Origin: Octopus vulgaris
Lineage: Eukaryota
NCBI GenBank assembly: GCA_951406725.2
Contig: OX597814.1
Span: 121,582,001-121,646,000, forward strand
Reading direction: 5' to 3'
DNA: 64,000 nt
Part shown: one piece after another, positions 1-12,867 of the stretch
Layout: the number at the start of each line of letters is the position of its first letter
Numbering within the stretch: the stretch's first letter is position 1
Notes under the pieces: model-generated
The model's database searches: none
What the model saw: only the letters and a program-made list of their open reading frames with translations
Told to the model about the DNA's origin: nothing
Translations under genes and position numbers: made by a program

Positions 1-50
<50 letters not shown>

Positions 51-54
51 CATT

Positions 55-275
55 TCCTTCGTTCTTCAAATTTTCTTCCGTCTCTCGCCGATTGTTTTCC
101 GTACACCTAGGGCAGAGAAGCTCATTGTATGCATTCCCAGATTACACACGCAAATTCACAGGTAAACTATGTATTTAAAAAATTAATAAATAAATAAACT
201 CATGAATAGATGTTGTTTCCATATCGATAATGCTCTTCTCAGTACATGAGCCGTTCCAGTTAACACGATTTTTTG
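55..275 (-). mobile_element. 3' end (ORF terminus and 3'UTR) of a Dong/R4-like non-LTR retrotransposon
   Basis: Minus strand reads VQKIVLTGTAHVLRRALSI, the typical terminal motif of these RLE-type ORFs. The 3'UTR runs into the ATT tract at 1-52. Confidence 0.7.
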
Positions 276-935
276 CACTCACTGGATGTCAACCAGAGTC
301 CTAAGGCACGTGTATTTTACATGGAGAGAAACTTCCTGAGAATGGCGGCGGTTGATGTGAACACAACTTTTTGACTTTCATAGATTGTTGCTTTCACAAG
401 GACCAGGTCTAAATATTTGTCATCATCTTTCTTGATCATTCCCTGGGCACCCACAACCTCAGGGATGCTTTTGGATTCTAATGGCCACATCCTAGATATC
501 TCGTTCTCAAAGTCATGATATTTTGACAGTCTTTTTTAATTCCTTTGTTGAGACTTTTTATCAGTAGGCACTGTCATATTAATTAACAGGCTTTTTCCTT
601 TTATTTTCAGTCTTTGATGACGATGTCTGGTGTGTTATCATTTATTTGCCTGTCTGTATATATCTTATTATTCCATAGGATGGTAACATTCTCTCACTCA
701 GTGACTGACTTTGGATGGTGTTCATACCAGTTCTTAGAGTGCGCGATATCATAGTGATGACATACGCTCTAGCGTAAGTATTGGCCAACTCGATTGATCA
801 TGCCTGGTTTCATATTCTATAGGGTCAAAGACTGAGCAATCGACAAAATGTGATAAATACTCTCCAGTTTGTCATTGCAAAGTCCACACTTTGTCCACCT
901 CATTGTGTGTGACAATAGCTTGGTCGTTCCGACTG
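276..935 (-). mobile_element. Decayed Dong/R4-like non-LTR retrotransposon 3' fragment (CCHC knuckle and RLE domain)
   Basis: Frameshifted minus-strand peptides: KCGLCNDKLESIYHIL, RHD, WYEHHPKSV, VTILW, TPDIVIKD, LLINMTVPTDKK, SKYHDFENEISRMW, VVGAQGMIKK, QKVVFTSTAAILRKFLSM* (stop 317-319). Confidence 0.85.
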
Positions 936-944
936 AGTATTAAT

Positions 945-1046
945 ATTATTATAGTATGTTTGATTTTTGATTTACATTTGTACAATTTGGCTCCAAGTCT
1001 CACCCAGAGACCTCAAGAGACAACGAGTTGGAAGTTCATGTTGGCG
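945..1046 (-). mobile_element. Short 3'UTR-like remnant of a further TAA-associated retroelement
   Basis: A non-coding, higher-GC island that ends in TAATAAT on the minus strand and abuts the ATT tract at 1047. Confidence 0.4.
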
Positions 1047-1096
1047 CTATATTATTATTAATATTATTATTATTATCATTATTATTATTATTATTA

Positions 1097-1147
<51 letters not shown>

Positions 1148-1287
1148 TCATTATTATCATTATTATTATTATTATTATCATTATCATCATCATTATTATT
1201 ATTATTAGTAGTAGTATTATTGTTATTATTATTATTATCATTGTTGTTGTTATTATTATTATTATCATTGTTATTGTTGTTGTTATT
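1047..1287. repeat. (ATT)n-based microsatellite; related tracts at 1-52, 1820-1984, 3780-3852, 4000-4110 and 4638-4703
   Basis: Read directly. Confidence 0.97.
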
Positions 1288-1289
1288 TT

Positions 1290-1818
1290 CTTTTTACCAC
1301 AGGTTGTGTTGGGACTCATGGTGTCTTGAATGCGTAGCGGACTTGCTGCGTGCAGCCTACAGTACCATGTTATCCGTTCTTTTTAGCTATCTAATACAGT
1401 CTTGATTATTCTGGCTAATGGATTATTCTGAGTCACGGGTTACTACCTATAACCTTTAGTATCCACAAGTTCTCAGCAGTCTTCGAAGTGCTTCGAACCC
1501 TTCTGATTTTCCTTGCTGTCCTTAAGAGGCAAACTTTCTCTAGGAACTCTACCATACATTCTATTCCAATCTCCTTCAGCCATTTGTTTTTATCCCTCAT
1601 TACTGTTCCCAGCGCACCAATTATTATACACACGACCATTACTGTTCTGAGGCTCCAAATTCTTCCTATTTCAAATTTTAAGGGTTTGTACTTTTTATTT
1701 TCCGCTTTCTTTACAATCCTGGAATCCAACGGTCATGATGGGACGATAAGCAAGCATCTTCACTTTTCCTTATCTCTAACTGTTGTCTGGTCTATTATAT
1801 CCTAACTTCTTGTCCGTA
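1290..1818 (-). mobile_element. Dong/R4-like retrotransposon 3' fragment (RLE domain and 3'UTR)
   Basis: ORF 1433-1729 reads DSRIVKK..KYKPLKFEIGRIWSLRTVMVVCIIIGALGTV..LEKVCLLRTARKIRRV, preceded by RCLLIVP. Flanked by ATT tracts on both sides. Confidence 0.85.
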
Positions 1819-1841
1819 AATTATTATTACTATTATTATTA

Positions 1842-1959
<118 letters not shown>

Positions 1960-1984
1960 GTGTAGTAGTATTGTTGTTGTTATT

Positions 1985-3540
1985 TTATTCAGGTCTTAAT
2001 TTTGTTTCATGCCTTCATTATATAACGACCTCCATCTCTGCAGATTTTGGAGTGTACAGCATTTTAAATTTTGGTTGTATTGACAGCATTATTCCTCCTC
2101 TAGGTAACATATATGCAATGCCTTGAAGTGCAATTTTATGTTATGACTATTTTTAAGACCTAGAGTATTGATATTCGATCTTCGTGTCGTTTTGTAATCA
2201 GTCACACAGGATCTACATTTTCAGGGTTTGTTCTTGCTTTAATTCGTACATTTTGATTATTTCTATTTCCAGATATTTATATTTGACAGTTCATCCGTTC
2301 GGTGTGTTACTTCAGGTATGTGACGCAACTTTCCTCAATTATCCCTGTAAACTATATCCGGCAGTCTTATTTAGATTTCTCTGTGTACAGCACAGAATAC
2401 GACAGTATATAATCGTCTACAATTCTGTAGCATCTTTCTGTTTTTGTCGTTGTTGATGTTTCATAACTTCCATTGCAAGAAAGTATATAATCTGCCGAGC
2501 CTCTAAATATATTCTTTTACCAAACATTTTTTTGTTGTGATTGGATAAATTAGAGATAATGAGAGAGAGAGAGGAATAGGAGGAGTGGGAGGAATAGGAG
2601 GAGGCTAGGAAGAAACAGTAGGAAGAACAGGTTAAAGAATACTGGTTTCTACACATTTTGAAGTTGCTCTCGTCTGCTTCATTCCATACAATCCATGGGT
2701 TCTGGGGCATGGCCTCAACGGAAATATTTATCTTTGAATTTACTCTATCATTTCTCGATCAGTGTTGCGATATTTTTTATCGTTTCCTTTTCTCGTAGCG
2801 CACGTTTCAGTTTTCTTTTTCTTTTTTTTTCTTTTTTTGGAATTGAATATATAAAAGCTTTCTTTCTTGTTGCTTCAGTATAACATTCTGTGGACCTATT
2901 TTTAATTTAGTTGTTAGCAGCACACCTATTTCTGTTGTTGTTTCTGTTGTATCTTTCAGATTGTAGTTTTTAGCCTTTGTTCTGTATTTGTTGTTCATTG
3001 TAATTTTAAATCTAATACTAAAATTCTCCTTTGTAGATTATTTGCATTACTTTTCCATTGTTCTTTATTAGATAAATTCCTTGTCCTACAGCCGTTATTT
3101 TATAATAGCTTTCTAATTGCAATAAGCCCCTATGTTCTGATATTCGTGGCAAATACAGTCTTACTTCATCATTGTTTAGTCCTTGTATTCTAAATGACGT
3201 CATTGTTTTTCGAATTTTCCTTCCTACATTTGTAAGTTTACGTAACGCATTGTTGAACATTAAACAACAACTTACGACAGGGACAAACGGAGTATTAAAT
3301 GCTATTATTTATTATAGCTCGAATCAAATTCGCCGATGAAATTGTTTCCTAAACTTTTCTTTGTTTTGTGAACGTTTTACTTTGTCTAGTTCATTGTTTC
3401 ATTCGTATTTGTAAGACTGTTTTTATTGTAATTCTCTTATTTCCATTTCTTTATCATGAGATTATTGATCTTAATCATTTTTCCTTTTTCAAGGTTGTCT
3501 TGGCGCAGATTGTTTTTTAATCCGAAAATATTGATATTCC
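1985..3540 (-). mobile_element. Heavily decayed Dong/R4-like retrotransposon (RT C-terminal region through RLE)
   Basis: ORF 3018-3260 reads RKIRKTMTSFR..VRLYLPRISEHRGLLQLESYYK, resembling the RLYLPRxxGGRGLxxLE consensus. Upstream are CAKTTLKKEK and NKIIAFNTPFVPVV. Many stops and frameshifts; interrupted by a GAG/GGA-rich tract at ~2560-2635. Confidence 0.75.
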
Positions 3541-3577
3541 TGTCGTCATCATCATCATCATCATCATCATCATTTTC

Positions 3578-3750
3578 AGTGAAAGCAATCGGTTGGCAAA
3601 ATTATTGGACAAAATGCCTTAGATACAGCTTGTGAATTAAAAGCACAATAAATTGTCCCCTAAGTCTAAGGGATCAACTGTGGGTATCATCATTAGGAAG
3701 TTGGTAAAATAAAATACTATTCAAGTACAAGTCAAGTACTAGGGTCGATG
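3578..3750 (+). mobile_element. Degraded tRNA-derived SINE (Nin-domain type)
   Basis: ttggcaaaattattggacaaaatgccttag...ggtaaaataaaatactattcaagtac...gtactagggtcgatg resembles the intact copies at 18707-19140 and 26951-27166. Confidence 0.5.
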
Positions 3751-3804
3751 ACAGTAACCATTATTATTTTTGTTGTCGTTATCATCATCATCATTGTTAT
3801 TATA

Positions 3805-3852
<48 letters not shown>

Positions 3853-3855
<3 letters not shown>

Positions 3856-3998
3856 TACTTTATTTTTTATAGCGTGCTTTCACTTCACTACCGAGCGCAG
3901 CTCTGTGTCCCTTGGGTATGTGCTGTGGTTTGCTGTGATGCTCTGATGGTTACTGTATTGAAAGTGTTTTGCGTGTGTGCTGTGCCCAGTAGTGTCAT
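3853..3998 (-). mobile_element. 3' end of a Dong/R4-like retrotransposon
   Basis: Minus strand reads MTLLGTAHTRKTLSIQ* followed by a ~95-nt 3'UTR. Both ends abut ATT/ATC tracts. Confidence 0.8.
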
Positions 3999-4010
3999 TT
4001 CATTATCATT

Positions 4011-4051
<41 letters not shown>

Positions 4052-4110
4052 CATTATTATTATTATCATTATTATTATCATCATCATCATCATTATTATT
4101 ATTATTATTA

Positions 4111-4635
4111 CTGAGTGAGAGAGCATAACATCAAAGTGACTTTGGAATACAGATAAACGAAGCCCAATATACCCATCATAACTACTCATCTGATAAGGGT
4201 ACACCAGGCACATACATCATAACCATAAGTGCACGACATGGTGATCTCATATCATAGTAAACAGCTTATGGACCTTGCAGCTGTGGCCCTGTTAGAATTT
4301 TCTTCAGGTCGAATAGCTCATCACGCCGAAACGTTCCCCGAATAAGGGTTGTTTCAGAGGTGAATTATTCAAACTCAAGAGAATTCCTCTCGACACATGG
4401 CTATGGGACTCCCCGACTTCTTCTGCTTGTGATCAGAGATGCACATATTGCCAGTCACGAAGGGACATACTCTACTGTTTAAAGTCAAACAGCTGACAGG
4501 CAAATCCGTGGTATTCAGCAGAATATTTGTTGTAGCCCATCTTTTAGACAGAGACAAAACATGTACATGATAACACTTCCAATCAGCTAAAATCAGAAGC
4601 CATAAGAGCTACTGCCTGGCATTAGATCAGGGCAT

Positions 4636-4637
<2 letters not shown>
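4111..4637. mobile_element. Non-coding interspersed element inserted in an (ATT)n tract
   Basis: About 525 bp of complex sequence with ATT tracts directly on both sides and no recognisable ORF or tRNA head. Its right end recurs, inverted, at 11075-11159. Confidence 0.7.
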
Positions 4638-4693
<56 letters not shown>

Positions 4694-5934
4694 CATCATT
4701 ATTCGCCGAAATCTCTATCTATTTGTGGTGTCTTCAGTGAAACGATGATTTCCGAGAGGCTCTCACCTACATACCTACTCGCTGACTACATCAGTCAGTA
4801 CGAATCGAGAAGAGATATTTTGCTGATCTGCTAAGTCCTGCTATGGTATTGTCTTCATATTCTTTGGTTGTTTATATACCGAGAAATACCATGAGCTGAA
4901 TTTCTTAGGGTGACTACCAGCTTCCGTGACAATATTTTGATATTTTCATTAATGTTAGTGGAAGCGTAGTATGGCTTGTGAGTGCTAAGCTGTTCAGCCA
5001 TTTTGAAATTGGCTGATGTCTATTGCATGAATACATCGATGCATTTATGCGAACTTAATCTGCAGCAGTTCATCCTGATCCTATCATAATATCTGTTAGG
5101 TTGACTGATATTTATAGTGCAAATTCTTCAAGTAGATTGATGACGTCTACAGTCGATGTAGATACAACAAAAGGAATATGGTTGAGAGCACTGGCAACCA
5201 GAGCATTTTCCCTGCATACGAAGCTTCCGGATATCGGATTAGTGAATTAGTTAAATCGCAGGTCACAGATGGCGTTTTCTCTAACAATTTGTGTGCATAA
5301 TTAAATAATGAAAATTGGAATAGAATCTGTTAGTTTCGGCACAGATGTAGAAAGTAGCATAGATATGTTTGTAAGTTGCTTATACATGATTTTATGTGTC
5401 TAATGATGTCAGTGTAGGGCGGATTTTGTCGTCATCCGGCAAAGAAGAGCGAGTAGTCTTCCTCTACATGCTATTTATGATGAAAGTAGTTAGTATTGGA
5501 TAAGATTTGAAGACATGATTGTCCCTTAGTCCAAGAGGTCATCAGGTGGAAAGTGAGAAAATGATGTAAGGTGCTGCCATTAAATAAAATAGCACTTTGG
5601 TAACGGTGGCAGAAACGGGGTGCATAGATTCTCTTACTCTAAGACATGAGAGTAGGCACTTGCATTTATATAAGCCAAAAGTGTGAGGTTGTGACCTAAA
5701 CAACCGTACGAGTTTGTTTTCCCCTATTTGTAGGATCCTTTCTTTTTAGTGTATTATGTTATAATTGTTGTTCATTATTTTCTAATTATCAAAGTCTTTT
5801 GGCTTTTGTCGATCTTACCTTTTTACCTGATGCGATTAACCTACTGTCTCTTGATCCATGTTCACTTTTGTTTTCCGATTTTCTACTTTCCTTAGTGTCA
5901 TGGATCCATAGGATAAAATAGAAACTATTATTAT

Positions 5935-6140
5935 TGAACTCAGAGATTCGTTAGAGCGTCGAACAAAATTCCACGTCTTTCTTATTTTTGTTTTTGGCTC
6001 TTTACATTCTCCTATTGAATCAGATTGAGATCAACTTTCAGGCTCGATAAATTGTAGCACCAGTCAAATACTAGAGTCGAAAGTATTGATTGACCCCATT
6101 CCTCTCAAAGTTGTTGACCTTGTCCCGAAATTTGAAACCG
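5935..6140 (+). mobile_element. Degraded tRNA-derived SINE (Nin-domain type)
   Basis: cgttagagcgtcgaacaaaat...ctcgataaattgtagcaccagtcaaatactagagtcga...ccttgtcccgaaatttgaaacc matches the family head, core and tail. Confidence 0.65.
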
Positions 6141-6312
6141 TTGTTGTTTTTGTTGTTGTCAGTGGTGTAATTATTATCATTATGTTTGAAATGCTTTGCT
6201 GCAGAAATGACATGATTGATGTCTATAATTTACAAGGTATTGAAACAAGAAGTTTGTTTAAGAGAGGAATGAAAAGTGAAGCAAAATTATAGTTAATAAC
6301 AATGATAGATAG

Positions 6313-6681
6313 AAAGAAGAAGAAGAAGAAGAAGAAGAAGAAGAAGAAGGAAGAGAGGAAGGAGGAGGAGGAGGAGGAGAGAAGAAGGAGAAGAAGAAGA
6401 AGAGAAGAAGAAGAAGAAGAAGAAGAAGAAGAAGAAGAAGAAGAAGAAGAAGAAGAAGAAGAAGAAGAAGAAGAAGGAAGAAGAAGAAGAAGAAGAAGAA
6501 GAAGAAGAAGAAGAAGAAGAAGAAGAAGAAGAAGAAGAAAGAAGAAGAAGAAGAAGAAGAAGAAGAAGAGGAGGAAGAAGAAGAAGAAGAAGAAGAAGAA
6601 GAAGAAGAAGAAGAAGAAGAAGAAGAAGAAGAAGAAGAAGAAGAAGAAGAAGAAGAAGAAGAAGAAGAAGAAGAAGAAGAA
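6313..6681. repeat. (GAA)n/(GGA)n polypurine microsatellite, ~370 bp
   Basis: Read directly; purines only on the plus strand. Confidence 0.98.
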
Positions 6682-7499
6682 AATAAAATAAATGCATGCA
6701 GCGAGCAAGAAAGGGGAGGAATGAAAGGTCTAATGATACATCTGTTTCAACGTCTTTTAAACAATCTCAATTAAACTAAAGTAAGCTGTTGTTGCATCAA
6801 AAATATTTTGTGTCATATGCAGGCGTTAACAATGGCACGATGTCGATTTGCATTTCGGCGTAAGGAAAGCAAATCTGGGTCAAGGGTCAAAAATTGGATT
6901 TTCTAGATTTATGTCTAGTGATATATTAATGGACGCAGCGTAAATGAGAATCGGACTTAAAAATTTTGAAAAACTTTACATTTATAAAAGTTCATTTAAA
7001 TAGCAAGAAACAGAACACTAACATTGCAACAAATAAAATATGACTCTCCAGAAATTATTTAGAAAATGACAGAGACACCACACACCACAAAATTTGGAAT
7101 CTTGGAGAAACAACACTTATACAATGCCTCTAATATGTCACTACCATACAAACCACAGTTAGAAAGTTTTGTAGAAATTACTAATTCTAAAAGAACTGCT
7201 TAAATACGCATTATAATAATTCTTCATTGCGCTTTAATCCATAAAATTTACCTATTAAATAGATTTGTTAATTCATATGAATTATTGCAAGACCTGCAAA
7301 GTTTTCTCGAGAAATTAGGTCTAGAAATAAGAGCTAAAATCGAAAAGTAGCGCTGCCACAGAGATGAACAAAGAGAGGATACAATTATCTCCTATGAACC
7401 GTAGCCATCATTATAACATTGAAAGGAATAGAAGAAATTATTGCCTAGTAGACTTCCACCACCCTAGGTAAAATAATAATAAAACTAAAGAAAACAATC

Positions 7500-7705
7500 A
7501 TTTCTTACTTTGGCACGAGGATATGTTTCGCGGGTGGATTTCTCGCCCCAGGAACTGACTGCTACATATTTCATCTACCCCACTGGAGAGAAAGGCACAG
7601 CTGACAGAAACAAGATTTTATGTCATGAATTAAAGGTCACAGAAAAATACTACATGGAATATTTTCTAGTGTTGAAACGAGTATCACGATTAGCAAAGAC
7701 GCCAA
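7500..7705 (-). mobile_element. Degraded tRNA-derived SINE (Nin-domain type)
   Basis: tttcttactttggcacgagg...ccccaggaactgactgctacatatttcatctacccc...aaaggcacagctgac is collinear with 26951-27166. Confidence 0.55.
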
Positions 7706-7723
7706 CCGTTTAACGAATAGACA

Positions 7724-7745
7724 AATAAATAAATAAATAATAATG

Positions 7746-7823
<78 letters not shown>

Positions 7824-7973
7824 GTAATAATAATAATAATAATAATGATGATGATGATGATGATGATGATGATAACAATGACAATGACGATTAGGATGGT
7901 GATGAGGAAGATGATGATGATGATGACGATGATGATGATGATGATGATGATGATGATAATAATAATAATAATG

Positions 7974-8017
<44 letters not shown>

Positions 8018-8018
8018 C
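7724..8018. repeat. (TAA)n-(TGA)n-(TAA)n compound microsatellite
   Basis: Read directly. Confidence 0.97.
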
Positions 8019-8751
8019 ATTTTACTTCGTTTCACCATGAGGGCGACAGATGGAGGATACTTTAGGAACAGTTACAAAAGTTGGGGATTTAAATAAAACA
8101 GGATATGAAGAGTTCATGGATGTAAAAAGTAAAAACCGTAAATTATGTGAAGTGTCATCATAGCATTCGAAGAAATCTACAGATCTTAGATAATATTTAC
8201 TATTAAGGCGAAGTTTTGGCTTTCAGCGTTCTTTTTTCCGTAACGAAATCGAGATTTTACGCAAAGAAAAAAAACATTGATATTTATATTCTTATCGTTG
8301 GTACATTTTAACACAATATTGGCTGATTTTAAATATTAAATAAACCGAGTTTCGAAGTAACTTCAGATTTTTTAATTTACTTATTCACTTTTCTATATTT
8401 TATTGACTTCAAATTTCAAATTATCAAGTGTTAGAATAAAGTAGTTAACACGGTGATTATGAACGTTATTGTAATTGGGAAATTGATAAATTTGACGAAA
8501 ATTTGAAAGCAAAACTTGGAAGTCTAGACCTTCAAATGGAAGTGGGAGTAGTGTAGAAAATATCTTTACTTGTTTACGCAAAACCTTTTCAGAATGTCTT
8601 CCTCCATACAATGCAAGAACAGGTATGATCAAAAGGAAATTACCTTTTTTTAAAAAAAATTACAAAAAATGCTACTAATCCTAAATTATGAGATCTGGTT
8701 TGATTGATAGCATAATAAAATCGATTACAAATTCAATAACGTGTAACAGCA

Positions 8752-8985
8752 GAATAATGATGATAATGATGATAAAGAAGAAGAAGAAGAAGAAGAAGAA
8801 GAAGAAGAAGAAGAAGAAGAATGAGTAGGAGAAGGAGGTGGTGGTGATAGTGGTGGTGGTGGTGGTGGTGGTGGTGGTGGTGGTGGTGGTGGTGGTGGTG
8901 GTGGTGGTGGTGGTGGTGGTGGTGGTGGTGGTGGTGGTGGTGGTGGTGGTGGAGGACGAGGACGAGGAGGAGGAGGAAGTGGAGG
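8752..8985. repeat. (TGA)-(GAA)n-(GGT)n-(GGA)n compound microsatellite
   Basis: Read directly. Confidence 0.97.
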
Positions 8986-9479
8986 AATAAAACATTCATA
9001 GACATGATATCATGAAAACTATATTTAAAAGAACAGAGAAAATAAACCCAATGAGCATTGCGCATATTTTACGAAGGAGTCTACCAACTGAAATTTCATA
9101 TCACTTTTATCTTGCACGCGCATGAACACGTGTTTTTTTTAATAATTTATCCAACCATAGGACTTCTCGACATCGCATAATCATCAATCTTATTAAGACA
9201 ATCATATCCGGAAATTTGGAATGTCCAAAATATTTATATGTCATCTGTGTAATATATTTTCTGACACAATGCAAAATATTTTGTGGGGATATAATACACT
9301 TGAATCATGGAAAATATTCTTACGGCCAGATAACGCAGCAAAACTTTTGTATGTACAGTAACCTACCTCAATTCAGCACTTACCAATAAACAAGATGAGG
9401 CACTCATGTGAAACACTATCTCATTGCAAAATTGATAATGCTGAAATAGTATGCTACTTTAACATAGAAACAGGTCAAA

Positions 9480-9910
9480 AGGGAACATATGTACCATAAT
9501 TATTTTGCGTAACAAAAATGTAGAAAATCAATTAAATATCGGTAAAGCAATATCAAATAAGCCTATAGTAGGATATAGCTGTCACAGAATTCTGTTACGT
9601 GGTGAAACTATGTAAGGTGTCTGGGGAAGAATATGATAATTGTGTATACTATTAAATTATTTTGAGATATATTTGGAATGTTGTGCTGAAGCGAGTTGAG
9701 AGGCTGTTGGAAAACGGTGTCATAGATGTTGAATCAAAAACATTACGGCATGGAATGGTTGTGACCATAATTGCATCATTAGTTGATGTAAATATAATTA
9801 TATACAAACAATTTTTGAAAGCCATTGACATATTTCATATGAGAGTAGAGATATATGAACTTTCAAGTAAACTAAAATACTATTGCCGGTACGTATTGTT
9901 TGATAATTCT
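9480..9910 (+). mobile_element. Possible very old Dong/R4-like remnant on the plus strand
   Basis: Weak echoes of RLE-region motifs (RLLENG, VVTIIASLVDV resembling VVPIIIGALG) followed by degenerate TAA/CAA repeats. Confidence 0.25.
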
Positions 9911-10254
9911 CATGCGGATTGGTTGAGTTTAATCATTCTTATGGATGGTTATTCAGGCATTCCTATTAAATTTTAAAGTTTTTTTCAAGAAATGCGACTA
10001 TTTATATAGTACTAATTGCAGGAATACTAAATATAATAACGATAATATATTACTAACAACAACAATAACAACAACAATAATACTGATAATAACAAATAGG
10101 GATAAAGATAATGAGCATGGTAGTAATTTACAGTAGACAAAATTAGTTAATCAAAGCATTGTTTAATATGCGTGAAGCAGGACATCAGAATTAATATTCG
10201 TACGTCCGACTGGCATAAAAATGTATTTAGTGATGGCCGTTATAGTTGAAGTAA

Positions 10255-10274
10255 TAGTAGTTGTTTTTGTGGAG

Positions 10275-10367
<93 letters not shown>

Positions 10368-10667
10368 CCAGATATTGAAAGAACAGAAACTGCTGTGGTG
10401 GTGTTTGTAGAAGTATTTTGTGGTAGGAACATCAATAAAAAGTTTACCCAATGAGCACAGGTATGGAGGGAATTGATATTTATGCTTTATCTTCGGCATG
10501 AAAAAGAAACTGCAGTCGGTAAGTTAAAATAACATATTGTATGTATGCGAAAACGATAAAAGGGAAAAAGTTATATGAGTGTATTTGATTTCATAGCATG
10601 AATCGACCACATGTAGGGAGTCATTTTATCCTAATCTGCTTGTTCTCTAAACAAATATTCTAAGTAA

Positions 10668-10728
<61 letters not shown>

Positions 10729-10761
10729 GTAATAATAATAGTAATAATAATAGTAATAATA

Positions 10762-10815
<54 letters not shown>

Positions 10816-10824
10816 TTAATGATG

Positions 10825-10872
<48 letters not shown>

Positions 10873-10911
10873 GTAATAATAATAGTAATAATAATAGTAA
10901 TAATAATGATG

Positions 10912-10960
<49 letters not shown>

Positions 10961-10963
10961 TAA

Positions 10964-10994
<31 letters not shown>

Positions 10995-10998
10995 AAGT

Positions 10999-11073
<75 letters not shown>
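10255..11073. repeat. (GTA)n at 10255-10367 and (TAA)n at 10668-11073
   Basis: Read directly. Confidence 0.95.
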
Positions 11074-11074
<1 letters not shown>

Positions 11075-11076
<2 letters not shown>

Positions 11077-11159
11077 TGCCTTGATACAGTACCAGGCAGT
11101 GGCCTTCATGGCACCGGATCTTAAGAGATTGGAAGTGCTATCATGTACACTGCTTTGTC
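11075..11159. mobile_element. Terminal fragment of the same family as 4111-4637, in the opposite orientation
   Basis: aatgccttgatacagtaccaggcagtggcc...gattggaagtgctatcatgtaca aligns with the reverse complement of 4553-4636 and directly follows (TAA)n. Confidence 0.8.
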
Positions 11160-11274
11160 AATAATAATTTTTTTTGACCATCAAAAATATAATTAAAATA
11201 AAAATTATAATTAGTTTTTAACTGGCTACAATGGCTACACAGATATAAAAAATATATATTATAAGAAAGAGAGA

Positions 11275-11470
11275 GACAGGGACTCAGATGTCGTGGAAGA
11301 GATACAAGTGATTATTTTGGCTGCAGTAATTGATGTATAGACCTGTTACCGACCTCGAAAGGAAAGAGAGCAAAATTGACCCCGGCGAGATTTCCGCTCA
11401 GACCGTAAAATGACGTAATTAACTAATTTAATGCAAAGCATGTTCTCCAAACTTATACTTATTTTACCAG
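11275..11470 (-). mobile_element. Degraded tRNA-derived SINE (Nin-domain type)
   Basis: accgacctcgaaaggaaagagagcaaaattgaccccggcgagatttccgctcagaccgtaaa matches the family core. Confidence 0.6.
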
Positions 11471-11758
11471 ATGATAATGAAAAAAATCTAAACAACAATC
11501 CTTAAAAACCTCGCTACATCATCAATTGCTATCAGCTTTGTGTAAAAAAAAATAAGAAGAGAAAATACCAACCAGAAGCAAATTAGCGATTCCAGAATGT
11601 TCTTGCATCCGGCCATTCACAACTGCCATACATTTCTCTGCTGCTACTTACCTTTAACATTTCGGCTGCCATTGGAGATCCCGTAGATGCAATATTTCGT
11701 AGGATATATATTCACATACACATGACATACATGTATGTGTATGGTTATGTATACATGC

Positions 11759-11841
<83 letters not shown>

Positions 11842-11897
11842 TATATATAATATATATATATATTACATATAGATATAGATATAGAGATATATAGATA

Positions 11898-11928
<31 letters not shown>

Positions 11929-12764
11929 CGTATCTACATACGATATATATATATAATATGATATATGTATAGTATATTATATATAATACATATATACATA
12001 TAGAATATATGTAATATATAGATATACATAATATATATATATATATATATTATATATATGTGTGTATACATACACGTATACATATACATATAGCGATGTT
12101 CACAGAGCGACTTAAGCCTATGTAAACGCATACATACACAGAAATGGACTTATATGAACGAAAATATTGGTATACATACATACTTACATACATGCAAGCG
12201 TATATATATATGTACAAAAGTACATATAGGTATATTTTATAACATACATACACAGCACATTCATACAAACATGCACACACATACGCACAGAATTACTGTA
12301 ATAGCCACGTTGAGCAAGACAATAAATAACTAATATACCAAACAAGACATCCATTACGGTTCTCGCCAAAATTCATTAGTGACGTCATAGATAACCTTCC
12401 AAATAAGACTATATTATGACGTGTGTGCACTCGACCTTAGAAAAGAGGGTACGATGGTTGGGTAGGGTGGGGCACTAAATTTAATGGGGTGTTGTTTCAA
12501 ATATATATATATATGTATATATATATATATGTATATACATATATATATATATATATATATAAAACGATATCTGCATGTGAAGTTGCACCTTCTCAGTTAT
12601 AAAATTTAATTATTATTATTAGTGACATTTGACACGTGTGATTATACGTAGTTATTTCACTGGTAATATATGAAAAAATCATTAAAAACGAAATAAGGGA
12701 AAAAGAAAGAAATTCTACAAATAAATATAAGAATAATAAAATAATGATAATAATAATAATAATG

Positions 12765-12867
<103 letters not shown>

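Noticed and set aside
11646-11672. Perfect minus-strand donor AAG|GTAAGT preceded by ATG-MAAEMLK
   Set aside because: No convincing acceptor or promoter context; upstream is (TA)n and no downstream exon was found.
12380-12387. Full CRE palindromes TGACGTCA (also at 3195-3202 and 54065-54072)
   Set aside because: An 8-mer can occur by chance; one copy lies inside a retrotransposon and none has promoter context.
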